Source of the DNA: Antedon mediterranea
Taxonomy: Eukaryota; Animalia; Echinodermata
Direction of reading: 5' to 3'
Assembly: GCF_964355755.1 (NCBI RefSeq)
Contig: NC_092673.1
Span: 30,563,648-30,627,647 of the forward strand
DNA: 64,000 nt
Part shown: one piece after another, positions 12,973-26,200 of the stretch
How the letters are laid out: each line of letters opens with the position of its first letter
Position numbering within the stretch: the stretch's first letter is position 1
Made by a program: the position numbers and the translations under genes
Notes under the pieces: generated by a model
The model's input: only the letters and a program-made list of their open reading frames with translations
Database searches by the model: none
Told to the model about the DNA's origin: nothing

Positions 12973-13505
12973 GCAATACAGCACTTTGCGTCAATACGTC
13001 GTTGCGTTGCGTCGCGTTCTAGTGGGAACCACCTTTAAAGCTTGGTTCCCACTAGAACGCAACGCAAGGACGTAAACGCAACGCAAGCGTTTTAACCAAT
13101 GAAAAGCGAAGTTATAGACAGTTAGCAATCACAAGCGAATAAGCCATCACTTGTGATTGGTCAATTCACTTGCGTTGCGTTAAGTCCTTGCGTTGCGTCG
13201 CTAGAGTGGGAACCAAGCTTAAGCAAGCTAAAATACTGTGCAGTAATGATACCTAGTAATAATATACTGCAATCATTTTGTTATAATTTTCTTTTTTTCT
13301 CATTTCAGGTCTCATATCTGAACGATTCACCTATCGATTTGAATTCATTACGTGTGCTATTTCGTCTGGTGTTGGTGCTCTTCTATTTTTTATGGAATCC
13401 TGTCTAACCATGAACAAACCAGTAAAGAATGAACCTGCCAGATTTACGAATAAACCTTCATCTTATGGCGCAATCAACGAAGAGAGAAATGCAGATCATT
13501 ATTGA
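1687..13505 (+). CDS. SLC16/monocarboxylate-transporter-family MFS protein, ~429 aa, 6 coding exons
   Basis: Exons 1687-1816, 2255-2548, 2966-3261, 3808-4036, 4298-4441, 13309-13505 splice GT-AG in frame (1290 nt). Motifs: N-terminal MDRAWIVVVSS (MCT W-x-V-V), APIGSIMLEHMGHRRT (MFS motif A), YGWR, LEIFG, GPIAL. AATAAA at 13601. Probable upstream non-coding exon donor at 1402. Confidence 0.85.
4652..4771. mobile_element. Left part of a family-A MITE (AAGCTTGGTTCCCACTAG termini), split by a LINE
   Basis: Matches the reverse complement of the intact copy at 13038-13220 up to ...aacttcgcttgtc. Confidence 0.85.
4772..6903 (-). mobile_element. 5'-truncated CR1-group (L2/Crack-like) LINE, reverse transcriptase region
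   Basis: ORF 5058-6908 has NYRPIS, QSGFR, FLDLKKAFDTV, GVPQGSILGPLLF and YADDT. A frameshift near 5190 hides the true C-terminus (..YKRSFVYYGSSLWNGLP..FKSLVK, stop ~4990). 3' stem-loop at 4801-4853 and (TAAA)n tail at 4772-4790. Confidence 0.93.
6904..6987. mobile_element. Right part of the split family-A MITE
   Basis: gtcattggttaaacgc...ctagtgggaaccaagctt continues exactly where the left part stops. Confidence 0.85.
7790..7993 (+). mobile_element. L2-type LINE 3' fragment, left part (host of the Tx1 insertion)
   Basis: Degenerate RT C-terminus motifs NGMAPEYISDML and SWVDRAFSVTAPRLWNA. Confidence 0.75.
8529..11212 (-). pseudogene. Tx1 ORF2 (APE endonuclease, partial RT, C-terminal zinc finger), frameshifted and lacking the QG and YADD motifs
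   Basis: TLNVRG, LQETH, NIYAPN, GGDLN, RLDYWL, TDH (APE); KTPGSDGL, NWRPITL, DFKKAFDS (RT); CDKCGEIENENHLFFSC (zf-RVT). Confidence 0.9.
11278..12560 (-). pseudogene. Tx1 ORF1 (gag-like, two CCHC zinc knuckles, acidic tail), frameshifted
   Basis: CNKCTKTGHLAFQC and CFKCHLPGHTRDRC. Continues across three frames (11775-12560, 11615-11872, 11278-11772). Confidence 0.85.
12573..12970 (+). mobile_element. L2-type LINE 3' end, right part, with 3' UTR and (TTA)n tail
   Basis: Resumes as VDTFKKLLKTHLFIKAY. Terminal gcgccttgag...gcgctataaaaat followed by (tta)n is the typical L2 tail. Confidence 0.85.
13038..13220. mobile_element. Intact family-A MITE (possibly PIF/Harbinger-derived)
   Basis: TIR AAGCTTGGTTCCCACT(AG) with internal acgca/tgcgt inverted subrepeats. 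Related or degenerate copies at ~2709-2862, 3328-3666, 4052-4176, 4490-4600, 29646-29733, 46340-46670, 49378-49530, 56980-57145, 60350-60495. Confidence 0.85.
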
Positions 13506-14211
13506 TTGAAAAAGAACAACAATTTATTGAATTATTGTCTGTTAGGTTTATCTATGAAATTGTGAAATTAATACATAACTTTTTTGAATACCGTAATTCG
13601 AATAAAGCAATTTGGTTAAAATGTTTTATTTTGTTATGAATGTGAATCTGGGCATACTTTAGTATTAAATATAAATATATAATAATATAATTTCTAGTAT
13701 GTTTGCTTACTTTACTCCAGTGGGTAGGCTACTCCACCCACCAGCCAACGACCACACTACAACCATTAAACGACCAAAGTAGGCCTACTAGTACAACAAC
13801 CGAAGCTCTGATATCCTACGATTTTTTAAGGGACTTATTTCACGGCGCTAGTTCTGCTTCGGTAAGTTAATATCAAGTTTTTGCTTGGAGGTGTAAACAA
13901 TACCTTCATAGTTGTTCCAATAGAAGTTTTACAATTTTAATACCGGAGCTACCCTTTAAAGCTTCAACCCAAAATTACTCAAGTGTAACATTTGTTGCAC
14001 TACGCATGCTCTTTAGTGCTGCGCTAGAGAGGGTGTAGAGCGAAGTTCATTCATAAAGTGGTGACGGAGTTTGATGCTTATACGTGGCTTGAATTATTGA
14101 TATTAGTGTAGGCCTAGCTTGCGTTTTTACAAAGGAAAATTGACAATGGGATTCGAGTAGAAAAATGCCGTTTAGAGATTAAACTCTTTGGTAGTCGTAG
14201 GAGTCGTCGGT

Positions 14212-17200
14212 ATGGTTATTCGGTGTATGATTCAACAGCCAAAATGGTTGATACTTGTGTGCTTTTTTACGTTTTTTATCTACACCATCTCTAGCGAAGT
14301 TACCGACGATCAGCTGCCAGGCCCTTCCGATGAGCAAGTTGAACATAACAAACCCTCTGCTGGCGGCAGTGGCCAGCCGGAACACAAAACGAACAATCGT
14401 GTAGATAAAGCTTCACTAAAGTAAGTACAAGTTTCATCATCATACAATTACCTTAGTTTCACCCTAGTTCTATGCCTAGTATGTGGAGGATGTATGTTGT
14501 TTTATTTTTCCATATTTATGTGTAAATTAGAAATTTATTAGATTACCTAATTCATAATTAATCGCCGTGGCTAAAGATACGGTACCGTATTCTAACTTCT
14601 GTTTACTAAAGGTACGGTAAAATTGCATTACGTCATAACCAGCCAATGGGGTGCTGGTACGTGTGTGACGTCATCGTATAAGGACTTTGTGGATTTTTTT
14701 CATATCGCGAAAACAGTGTGATCAACCGCATTTTCTTGATGCTTTATTTATCGCTATTATCGCCGTCGTGTGTGACAAAAACTAAATGTAGCCTACGTCT
14801 GTTATTATTATTGAAAAGCCAAAACATGTTGATTTTAATTCTAGAATACAGAAAACCGTTTCAAAAGAGGCCTAGGCCTACTTATTACGTACTATAACCT
14901 CATTATATGAGTTTAATTGTTTGTGTAGAGGGAAAGCGATGCAAGGCTGGGGCCAGCTACATGTGTGCGCTGATTTCTGTGACTCGTCAGCCCTGGGGCT
15001 ACTGTCTAAATCATAGTATTTGAGGGCCCCTTTATTGTCCGCATTTGCTTGTTGTTTATGGTCACCATTGTACAAACAAAGTTTAATAAAAAATATAGGC
15101 CTAAATAGGCCATTTGGAATAAAAATAAAACCCTCATCTGCAGCGCACACACATCCACGCAGCCTGGCGCCGCCGATAGGAATTCTACATATATAATACA
15201 ACAGACACGATATGAAAAAAAATCCCAAGTCCTTATACAATGACGTCACACACGTACCAGCACCCCATTGGCTGATTATGACGTAATGCAATGTTACCGT
15301 ACCTTTAGTAAACAGAAGTTAGAATACGGTACCGTATCTTTAGCCACGGCGATAATTAATAGTTAGGCCTAATTAATACATTTTTAAAATAAAGTTTATT
15401 GTGAGTGCCACTGATACAAAGGTGTATATGGTCAACAAATTATATATATATATATATATAAATCCAAAGGCAAATTACTGAAAAAAATGACAATGCTGTG
15501 GGTGTCGGTGGCTGGATCTCAATGGAGATACAAAAATAAAAAACGAAAAGCTAAATCAAAACGATAAACTAAACAGCCAGAAAAGTTAGCAGAGCTTTCG
15601 GGCAACACTAGCCCTTCATCATACATACGTATATATATACTGTATATATTTATTAATAGCTAAAAAAGTGAGGAGGTACAGAAAGTACAGTAGGCCCTGC
15701 TACTGCAGTAACCTATTAAAACTATTATATTTTACATCTAAAAATAATAAATGTGTATGTTGAAAATTTAAATTATGTGCCTCAAATATGTAATTTTATT
15801 TAATTGTATTTATATATATTTACATTACATTAACAGGAATCAAGTATTGGAAATGTTTAACCATGCCTTCAACTCCTACATGGTAATTATACAATTAATT
15901 AGACAAAAGTAGAAATATACTCCTAGGTGGGTTACAAAAATTGTAAACATTTCACAAAAATGGCTGTCCCTGTTCATTTGTACTTTCCATCTCAGGCCTT
16001 CCCTTTTTTTATTTAAAATTTTTAATATTAAATTATAAATACCGTATATCGTCTGGTACAATCCCACCCCTTAGAACATGAAATTGGGTGGCCGAAGTTT
16101 GGGGGATGTGAGACTACAGTATACCCAGGGGAACCAAAAATGATTGGTAAGCGGCATTTCTTGTAAAAACTCATCTGAACAGGCTAAAGAGAGTCGTACT
16201 GTACATCAAGGCCAAACGTCAATACTGGGACTAGTATACCGAGGGATATGCCTGTTTTTTTTAAATCCGACATAAAGTACATAGGGTAGGATTAGACCAG
16301 ATGTGGGATTATAACCGAGGATATATATTTTTTTTCTTTCTATTCCATTATTGTTACTGAATTACTAATCCCTTTTTTCAGGATTTTGCATACCCAGCCG
16401 ATGAGCTTATGCCATTGAGTTGTAAGGGTCGTGTCCGAGGCGTGGTGCCAAGTAGAGGCGATATAGATGACTGCCTCGGAAAGTAAGTATAAATAATTTG
16501 AAGTACAGTATGTAAAATACTCTTGCTTATTTTTAGGTCAGAGCTTATTTAATCAAATTTCACAAAATATCATTACAAAATCCAGTTTATATACACCAAA
16601 CAGATTTCAATTTTGTTGTTTCTGGATTAACATCTGGCTGGTCACACTCACAGTCCATAAAAACTTCTTATTGACATTGCCATTATTTCCTTTGTACAAG
16701 ATACTAATAAACCAATATTAATATGCAATAATAACACACCTGCTAGTGTTCTTGCAATTTAATTGGTTAAATGATATCTAATGCTGCTTTGGCTTTTTGC
16801 AAACATTTTGAGAATACTAACTTACATAATGTTATTATAATACTATGTGACTTCTTTCATTTTGTAGGTTTTCATTGACTTTAATTGATACATTGGATAC
16901 ACTAGCACTGTTGGGATATTACAAAGAATTTGAAGATGCTGTAAAATTGGTCATTCGTGATGTGACCTTTGACACAGACATCATTGTCTCCGTCTTTGAA
17001 ACAAACATTAGAGTACTGGGGTATGTTTTTTAGTTTATTTAGTATATTAATACTGTAGTCAATTTTAGATTTAAAATCAATTCAAATTGGTCAGGCCCAT
17101 TATGAATTTTGGGACACCTCAACTGTATTAAAGGGGCACATTTCCTTAAAATAAATGAGATGAAATTTAGGTTTTGATGGCCAACCCTTATTCCCTAAAC

Positions 17201-20200
17201 CCTAGGGACACGTTGGGCCTGTTTAGACTTAATTAAAAGTTACCCCCTAAATTGTGATTGGCTTCAATGGACTATTTATCGATAACTTTGGTTGGCAGGG
17301 AACCAACTTACCTGGGTAAATTACAATAGCTCTGTCTACTGTACACTATCATACTTTATGTGACAACAAAATGAGATGTGACTATTATATTATTATATGG
17401 ATGTGATGATGTCATACCACTACCATATTTGGGCACATCACTACCATATTTGTCAAATTAGTTTTGATAGAGAGAGCTTTAGCCTTCTTGACAAACTGAG
17501 TATTTAACTCTGTATTTCTATTCTATAGTGGCTTATTAGGAGGTCATTGTGTTGCATTGGATATCAAAGGCAAGGGAGAGTACATGCAGTGGTATACAGA
17601 TGAACTACTCATGATGGCCAAAGAGGTTGGCTATAGACTTTTACCAGCTTTCAACACGTCGACTGGAATGCCCTACCCAAGGGTACGTATATACAGTTTT
17701 CTATTTCTGTATTGATTTGTCTGTTGGGTAAATAATAGCAACCTGTCAATCAACCAACCTCAAATCAACCAGTTGATTGGATATTTTTAATCTGACCCTC
17801 ATTGTTCTGTTATTAGTGTATTAGATATTTCTCAAAATCATTACCAAAAAATTATTACAGTAATCAACATTTTTAATTCCCAATAACTGCAATGCATTAT
17901 TACTTACTATTACTTATACTTATTATTATTTTGTAGGTGAATCTTAGACATGGTGTAGACCCCCTCAAGTCACGAGCTGGGAAAGATAAAGCCACGTGCA
18001 CAGCCTGTGCGGGGACCCTACTGTTGGAATTTGCTACTCTTAGCAGGCTAACTGGGGAGCCTATATTTGAGGTTTGTATTTGCAGATGTATTTTGTAAGT
18101 CCGTGAAAATTATGTGTTTTTAATGGGCTAAATCACTATTATGGTCATCTGTTGGCTAGAGTAGGCCTACATTCTGTGTTTTTTTTCACCGTTTTTGTTG
18201 GTTTTATTTTTAAAAAGTGATTTTAAATGGTGAACAGGCTTGGAATTGTAGCATTAATATACTTTGTAAATTAATTACAACTTGTTTTTCAATATGTTAC
18301 AGTTGAAAGCAAAGAAAGCTATGCAAGAGCTATGGTCTCGTAGACAAAGATCTAGTAATTTGGTTGGTACTATTATTAACATTCATAATGGTGACTGGGT
18401 AAGAAGAGGTAGGTTTATATCATTCTTATGCTATGTCTACACTATCAAACTAGTTTGACAAAAAAGTGTGATGTGCCCAAATATAGTAGTGATATGACAT
18501 CATGGTGTCAATATATGGGCATTTTTGTCACATAAACTTTGATAGTGTAGGCAGAGCTCTAGTAAACGTAATTGTTGATCATTTTACAAATACTCAGAAT
18601 TTTAACCATGCAATATTATAATATTGTCCCTAAAGTACAATAAACATTTCTTTATCTATTAAAATAGTTCCAACAAAAATTTAGCTTCAAATACATGACC
18701 ATGACCTTTAGTTGAATATACAGTACTATTCAATTTCAGACAGTTTACTAAGAATTTAAAATATTATAATATACAATACAATGTTTCTATCATCATCCAA
18801 TAAAATTTAAATTACATTTCTTTTGTCTGACATAGGGAAAAGTTAAAAAACAAATTTTAAATACTGTGTTTCAAATCATAGTCTCTCATCTGTTATCCAG
18901 TTGGACACATACCCCTTTCACACCAAAACTCCAAAGTGATCTCCAGAGACACCCGGGGGTTTATGACCATTCAAAACGTCGAGAAACTCCGGAGATACCC
19001 CTTTCACACCAACCTAGCAACACCGGGGTTTATAAAATAAAATTGTAAATGTCGCCCTCTATTTTGTTTGTTTACATAGCGACGATCATTAGAATCATTT
19101 TAATTAATAATATTTTTAATTTAATAATTACTTTCAAAAGTCTCAGAAGTATATAAGGGGTATATGTCAATATTTTTGTATTTTGTTCGTTACATTTCAG
19201 ATAGTGGAGTTGGTGCTGGCATTGATTCTTATTATGAATATTTATTAAAATCTTACGTTCTTCTTGGAGAAGATAATTACCTTGATTGGTTCTCAGCTGT
19301 AAGTTTTAAAACTTCTTTTCAAAAGCTAATAATTGGAAGAAATAATCATAAGGTTTCAGATTATAAACCTCATCTCTTATTAATTCAAAATTATTGTTTA
19401 TTATATACATTAAAATACTTTGTAACAATAAGATAGACTTATTATGAATGGATGACTGCAGTAGTTGTTATTGGAGGTCTGTAATGTCAACGTGGGTTCT
19501 CTTAGGTCATCATAATGAATGAATCCAGTAGTATTCTAAACATCAGTACAACTACCAACCATGTCTGTATTAGCTTCCCTGTTATAAAGGATATAAGTCA
19601 TGTTTTATTCGTCAACCAATACAGTGTATAAGATTTCCAAATGTGTATGGGTCCATCCCATTGTAATGGAGCAGTATTTCTTAATGATTACCAATCTTTT
19701 TCTTTAGCATTATGAAGCTATTATGCGTTACATTTCTGATGGACCTTTACTAATGGACGTTCACATGCATAGGCCACAAATTAAAGCCAAGAACTTTATG
19801 GACTCGCTACTTGCATTTTGGCCTGGATTACAAGTAAGTGCTATTAACACACACAACTTTTACTATAGGGGTATCTTAATTATTTGTTTTTATTTATACT
19901 CGATGGCCACTTCAGTCAAAGATGTCTCCCAGAGGGCCCAGTTATGATCAGTGGATGTACTAGTACACCGGGGTAACCCCCTACTCATCTCGAAAGATGT
20001 ACCGGGTTCTTTAAAGTGCATATTTCTAGATGTGTGCACTGGACCTACGGTTTATAGCCCTTATCCGAGAAGACTCATTCTACCACCAGAACCATGAATC
20101 GAGTGAGCCTTGAACCCTTGGCAATGTTATGGCTACGTAATTACGGTTCCATTGCTCGGCCACTCACTCATAATCAGCCCACCAGGATACAAACTATTAA

Positions 20201-23200
20201 CCTGTTCAAATGCCATTCATTCACCAAGGCCAATGCCTTGACCTACCCTACACACACTTTAATTCCTTGAAACCATGTTTCTCTCTTGAAGAAAATCAAT
20301 GTGTGTTTGTAAGTGATATAACCTGTGTTGGTTACTGTTTTTCATTTATTGTTTTCTTCCATTATCTCAGGTTTTATTTGGTGATGTTAAACCAGCTATT
20401 GAAACACATGAGTTGTTGTACCAGGTCATGCAGAAACACAACTTTTTACCCGAGGTAGTAAACCCCATTATACTATTTCATTTCATTTCATTATTTATTT
20501 GGTCTATTTAAGTATATACAAAAACAAAACAAAAATGAAATTGGGGAGACCAGGGTCAACCTAAGTGAACTTAATCACTGTAGCTGAGCCGGTTGACCCA
20601 ACCCCAAAGTCAGTTTACACATAAAAGACGTAAAGACAAAATACAGTTACAGCGAATCAAAATGAATATGAACTTTTCTAATGAAAGCTGATGGGCTTTC
20701 TAGGACTGCAGCATCTTTCAACGGTCTGGGAAGCTGGTCCCAGACACGGGGTAATCTGATTGCTATAGAATGGAAAAAAGCCTGTGTCGTTGATGCTTGA
20801 TGTCTGAAGCACAAGCGATCATTGTGAAGAGTATTTATTAAAACAGTTATGAACTCTGCTGCAGTCCAGAAAACCCACCAGAACCTTAAAACAAAATATA
20901 ATAAGAAATTTATCTCTTCTAACAGACAAAGATGAAACTGAAAGCAAATTTAACCTCTCCTCAAAGCACATCTGTCCACGATGCTGTTTGAGAGCCTGTT
21001 TGAGATTAAACCCATCTATAATTAAAAACCCTACTGTTGTAGTCCCAGATAAACAAAATATCAACAACTGATAATTAGAGCGTAAAACTCACTGATAAAG
21101 AACAAAAACCAGATTCTAGAACTACTGTATATAGATTGTTATTTAGTTTAGCCTTTTAAACATACATTTTTTTTATTTTTCCAGGCATTTACACCAGATT
21201 ACAATATACATTGGGGGCAGCACCCACTAAGACCTGAATTCTCAGAAAGTACTTATTTTCTTTACAAGGTAAGCATCATGAAACAAATGTAGTACTCTAC
21301 TTTTTTTTTTTTTACTCAAATTAGAATTGAACCATGACCTTGAGATTGAAAAGCGACCATGTTATTTACTATGATAGAAATACTGAAAGAAATGTATATA
21401 AACTTTCTAAGGTCTTTTTCCTTTGGTCATATTCACTTAAAGTAAGATAGCTCCCTTAAATACTAAGTTAAGTATTTAACTTCTATTTTTATATTGTACT
21501 ATGATTTTATATTCATTAAAAAAAAAAAATTATACATGCAATTTGGCCATTGAACCACCATATGTAATAGTATTTTTAATTTGCAATTAATAAGTTAATA
21601 ACTTAAGTCAATCAATATTTATTGATTTTAATTTGCTTATGTTGGAGAATTTGCATATTTAAATGTTTAGCTTATATTTATAATAGGCTAAATGTGATTG
21701 GTTTATTTAATGTGCACATTATATTGTAGGCCACTGGAGATCCATATTACTTAGAGGTTGGCAAGCAGATAGTTGATAGTCTTCAGCAGTATGCTCGCGT
21801 TCCCTGTGGATTTGCAGCTATTAGAGATGTCAGAACTGGTGGCCATGAAGACAGGTAAAACATAATAGGTTCACAGTCCATGATATGTTCTTGTTTATCT
21901 GGATAATAATTCAAAACTACTATGGAGTAGCTTTGCATTGACTTTTGTACTTTCAAAGTGTTTGCAATTAATTCTTGAGTGAGACTGGAATCCACGACCT
22001 CCAGTTCACTGGCCTGGACCAATGAAGCAGCTGGTGCAGCACCAACAGGATGATAATTGTTTAGAGCTCTTTTTACACTATCAAACAAACTAGTTTGACA
22101 AAAAAAGTGTGATGTGCCCAAATGGTAGTGATATGCCCAAGTATGTTCATATAATGGGCACATCACATTTTTTTGTCAAACTAAGTTTAAAAGTGTCCAC
22201 AGACCTTAACACACTGTAATCTGAATTGTTACCAATTTCTCTTATATCATATTGAATAAAATATGCTACTGTACATAGACTGGAAAATGTATGCCAGAAT
22301 TTTTAGATATTTTTTTTTTCAAATCTATTCTTTTTTTAAATATCTGAATTAAATTGACTTTATTGTCACCATATAAATGTAGGATATCTCTTCATCAGAA
22401 TGGACTCGTATGTGTTGGCGGAGACGTTCAAGTACTTATATTTATTGTTTGCCGAGAGTGATGAGCTAGGATTAGCAGTCGATCAGTACTTATTCACAAC
22501 AGAAGCGCACTTGTTACCACTTAACCTTGCTAGAATGAAAAATAAGGACACAAACAAAACAGAAAAGGTAATAGGAATTGTAGTGGCTCTTAAGCATGGT
22601 TGTTTACATGCTTGCTTATCAAGTTAAGAATCCAGTGTTCAAATCCTAACTGTGCAGAACAATATCAACAATTTTTCTCATAGATGAAGTTAGTACCATA
22701 CTAATGTTATAACTGACACTGGTGGTTGGTTACTTGTAATCCAGTCACATGAATTGACGAGAGAGCACCCTTAGTGGTTGTAATGTAAACTCGCAACACT
22801 TAGCGCTAGGACCTTTTGAAAATCTTTCATGATTAAGACCAATATTTACACAGACGAGCGGTAACGGTAATAAAAATATAGAATCAATGTTATTTCTTAT
22901 GACTATTTACACAAAGCATGGAGCGAATGGGATGAATATAGATGAAGATTATACGTGAGGCAACCTACGTGTTTTTTTTTTGCTTACCGTTACCAATCGT
23001 CTGCTTAAATTGGCCTTTAGGCACTGCTCTATTGACGACTCTTCACTCACAGTTTAAATAAAAAATTTTTTTTAATACCTACAGAATGATTGTGCTAATG
23101 ATACGGTGTCGATGGTACTAGATCGCTCTTGCCCAAATCACAACTATCTCTTTCCTGGTGGCGAGTTATATGCTCACACAGTGAGAGAGTCTATGCAAAT

Positions 23201-26200
23201 TAAAAGATACCAAAGCTGTGGTCAAGATTCAATTATTACAATAGAGTAAGTTATATTTTATTTATATCTTCATAAAAGGCTCATGGTGTTTTTGGCAAGA
23301 GGTTGCTGTTAGGAATTATGAAGTTTCTTTATCACATGTCTATAAATTTGTATTGACTTGAACTTAGACCCCATTTACACTTGCAATTTGGGCCAGCTCA
23401 GGACCACCCCTGGGTCGGCAATGATAAGTGTAAACACACAGTTAGGCCGGCCTTTTGCCAGCTTTTATGTTTGGGCCAACTTATGCAGTGAACCGTGACC
23501 AATGGTTTTAGAAAATGAATCCTCAGGGCTGTCATTTGGAGCACAAGTGTAAACACGCTGGATCAGACCCAAACAATTAAATTTGGACCAGCTGAAGCGG
23601 CCCAGGACCCAATCGTAAGTGTAAATGGGGTCTTGTACTACGTATACTGTATGTATGCTGACTTGCTGACAAGTAACAAACAGCAATGATTATAATCATA
23701 GTAAAGTTGTGTTGTTTACTTTTTTCTAGATCTAGTAGTGGCAAACGATTAAAAGCTACAGAATTCATACCAGGAAATTCAGATCAGTTGCAACAATTGA
23801 CAAAAATGGGAATTCGTTTAGTTACAATGAGTGATGGAAGAGTACAACTTATGCACACAGCATCACATGTAAGTTTACAATTAACATGTTAATGAATGTT
23901 GTCTTGAATAATTATTTTTAACTGTAAAAGTGTTTACTTTAGAAAAACCCAGAATGAATGAGTGAATGTTTATATCTGTGTACTACAGTACTTCCATGTG
24001 GATCTCTGTTATGGGGTATATAAAGATAGTACTGTACCGGTATAGTATATGGCAAGGTCAAAATGTTGCTATTTGGAAGCTTATTATAGTATTATTATTA
24101 TTATAGCGTTGTATCTACTTGATTGTTGTACTAATGTCTATAATATAATTTTATGTGTGCATGCTTTCTTCACCCAAATGTAATTACCAGGACTAAATTC
24201 ATCTTGCATTATGTTGTTTTGTATTCTAGGCTATTGATACAAAGTCAGCTCAGAATGGTTTATTATTTATGCAGGAGATGATTGAGCTCTCAAAATCCCA
24301 ACAACAAGGTATTGTTTTATTGTCATTTAATTACCAGTAAGAAATTAAAATGCTCAAGCACTTCTTTAGATTGTCACAGACAAAATCCTATTTACTCTAC
24401 AAGAAAAATGTCTGCTAATTCCAAAATCAAGTTGTGACTTTATAACTGGATTTCAATCACTTAAGCCTGTTTTCCTGTAAGCTATTGTTACAATAATCGG
24501 CGATCTTCTACGTAAACATTGAAATGTTAACGATTTACAGGAAAAGGTACTCGCTATTGTTATCATTTCAACTTGATCGTTTTCAAACAATGTCGTTGAA
24601 CTGTTAACGATCAATGATGATAGCGTCGAATAACGTCGACAGGAAAACAGGCTTTAGGTGTACTGTAGTGTAACATTCTAACCAAAAATCATTTTATTCA
24701 ATTAATCAAACTTGGTAGAGTTTGGTCAACTAAATATGTTTTATACATAATTGTCATATTATTGATGTTGTGATTCTCTGTGTTTAGAGAAGGATGCTTT
24801 AGACCAGGTCCGCCTTATATTATTAGCCAATCAAAATCGTATAATTTTTGGAGGGAAAATGTTATCCTCCTCTGAAGCCTAAAATTTGCATGTCCAGTAT
24901 AAAAGTGGAATGTAATAGATATTAAGAGAGAAGAGAGAATAAGATCAGAGTAGATAAACGGAAAGATGATAAAGAAAATGAATAAAAGTTCTAGTTGAGT
25001 TAAATATACTTTTTGTATGAGTTATCATTCAGTGACAGTGTACGTCGCGTGGAGTTATATATATACGCCTGAGAAAGCTCGGAACCAACTAAAATAAATT
25101 CACTACAATAATCAACTCAATACATAATCATTTGAATATGTTGGCTTTTTTTAAACTTTATAGTGGAGTATCATCCGAAAGCTGTTCACTTTGTAGAACC
25201 AGCATTGCTCAACAATATGGTTCTGACTGCTAACCCTGCTCAATTTGGGCTTGACCTATCTACAGATCCAGGAGTAAGTACAAAACCTATCATAAATCAG
25301 TTTAAACATTTCTTTATTTAGCTAGCTTTATAATAAAGGGCTCTACAAGCACTAAAGACTAGAAAGCAACAGAACACAAGAAACTTCTGGGCATGCTTTA
25401 CAACAAAAGCAACATTGTGATAGCTTAAGCAACTATGCCAAATTCTTTTTTATTTATGTCTTTAGGCAATGTGGCCAAGGATTACCAATAGTAAATTAAT
25501 CACTGTCTTATCAGATAGGTGGTAATCCCCCTGATATCAATCAATCAATCGTTCGATTTATATAGCGCCATTCCAACATTCATTGCTCATGGCGCTGTAA
25601 AAAAAAAAATCAGAAAAGGTGAGTTTTGAGTAGTGACTTAAAGTGACTCAATAATGATGTGTGTTTAATGTTCAAGGGTAGGTGGTTCCAAAGCCTAGGT
25701 CCAGCAACACTGAAAGTCCGATCTCCCCAACTATGTTTGCTCCTTGGAATGTCCAGTAGCACAGGGGCTATTTTGTGAACCAGTTCACCGGGGTAACCCC
25801 CTACTCTTTTCAAATAATAAACTAGGTTCTTTTAAGTGAACACAGGTTATAACTGTGTAAATTGACCCGCTTCTAAAGTTATCATCAGATTACCATTTAA
25901 TCGTTGTCTTCTCTGAAGGTTGTTAGTGGTGTGGTTATAGCAGATCCCCCAAATGGTTGTTCAGCATTGAATAATAGATGGGAGGTCAAAGGTCAAATTG
26001 TGGTAATCACAAGAGGAGATTGTATGTTTATAGAAAAGGTTAGTGTATAATTTAAATTAATAATCATAAATCCTAAGGAAAATTGTTTTAAAAAATGTCA
26101 ATGCTGTGGGCATCAGTAGTTAGATATCTCAATGGCGAGAAAAACTAAATAAAAACGGCCAGAGAGTTTGCCAAGCTTTTGGAAAACATTAAGAGGGCTA

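Noticed and set aside
12615-13075. ORFs 12615-12851 and 12665-13075
   Set aside because: They run across an L2 3' UTR, (TTA)n tail and MITE; no protein motifs.
14878-15291. 137-aa ORF as a transposase
   Set aside because: Starts within the TIR; no DDE or zinc-finger motifs visible.
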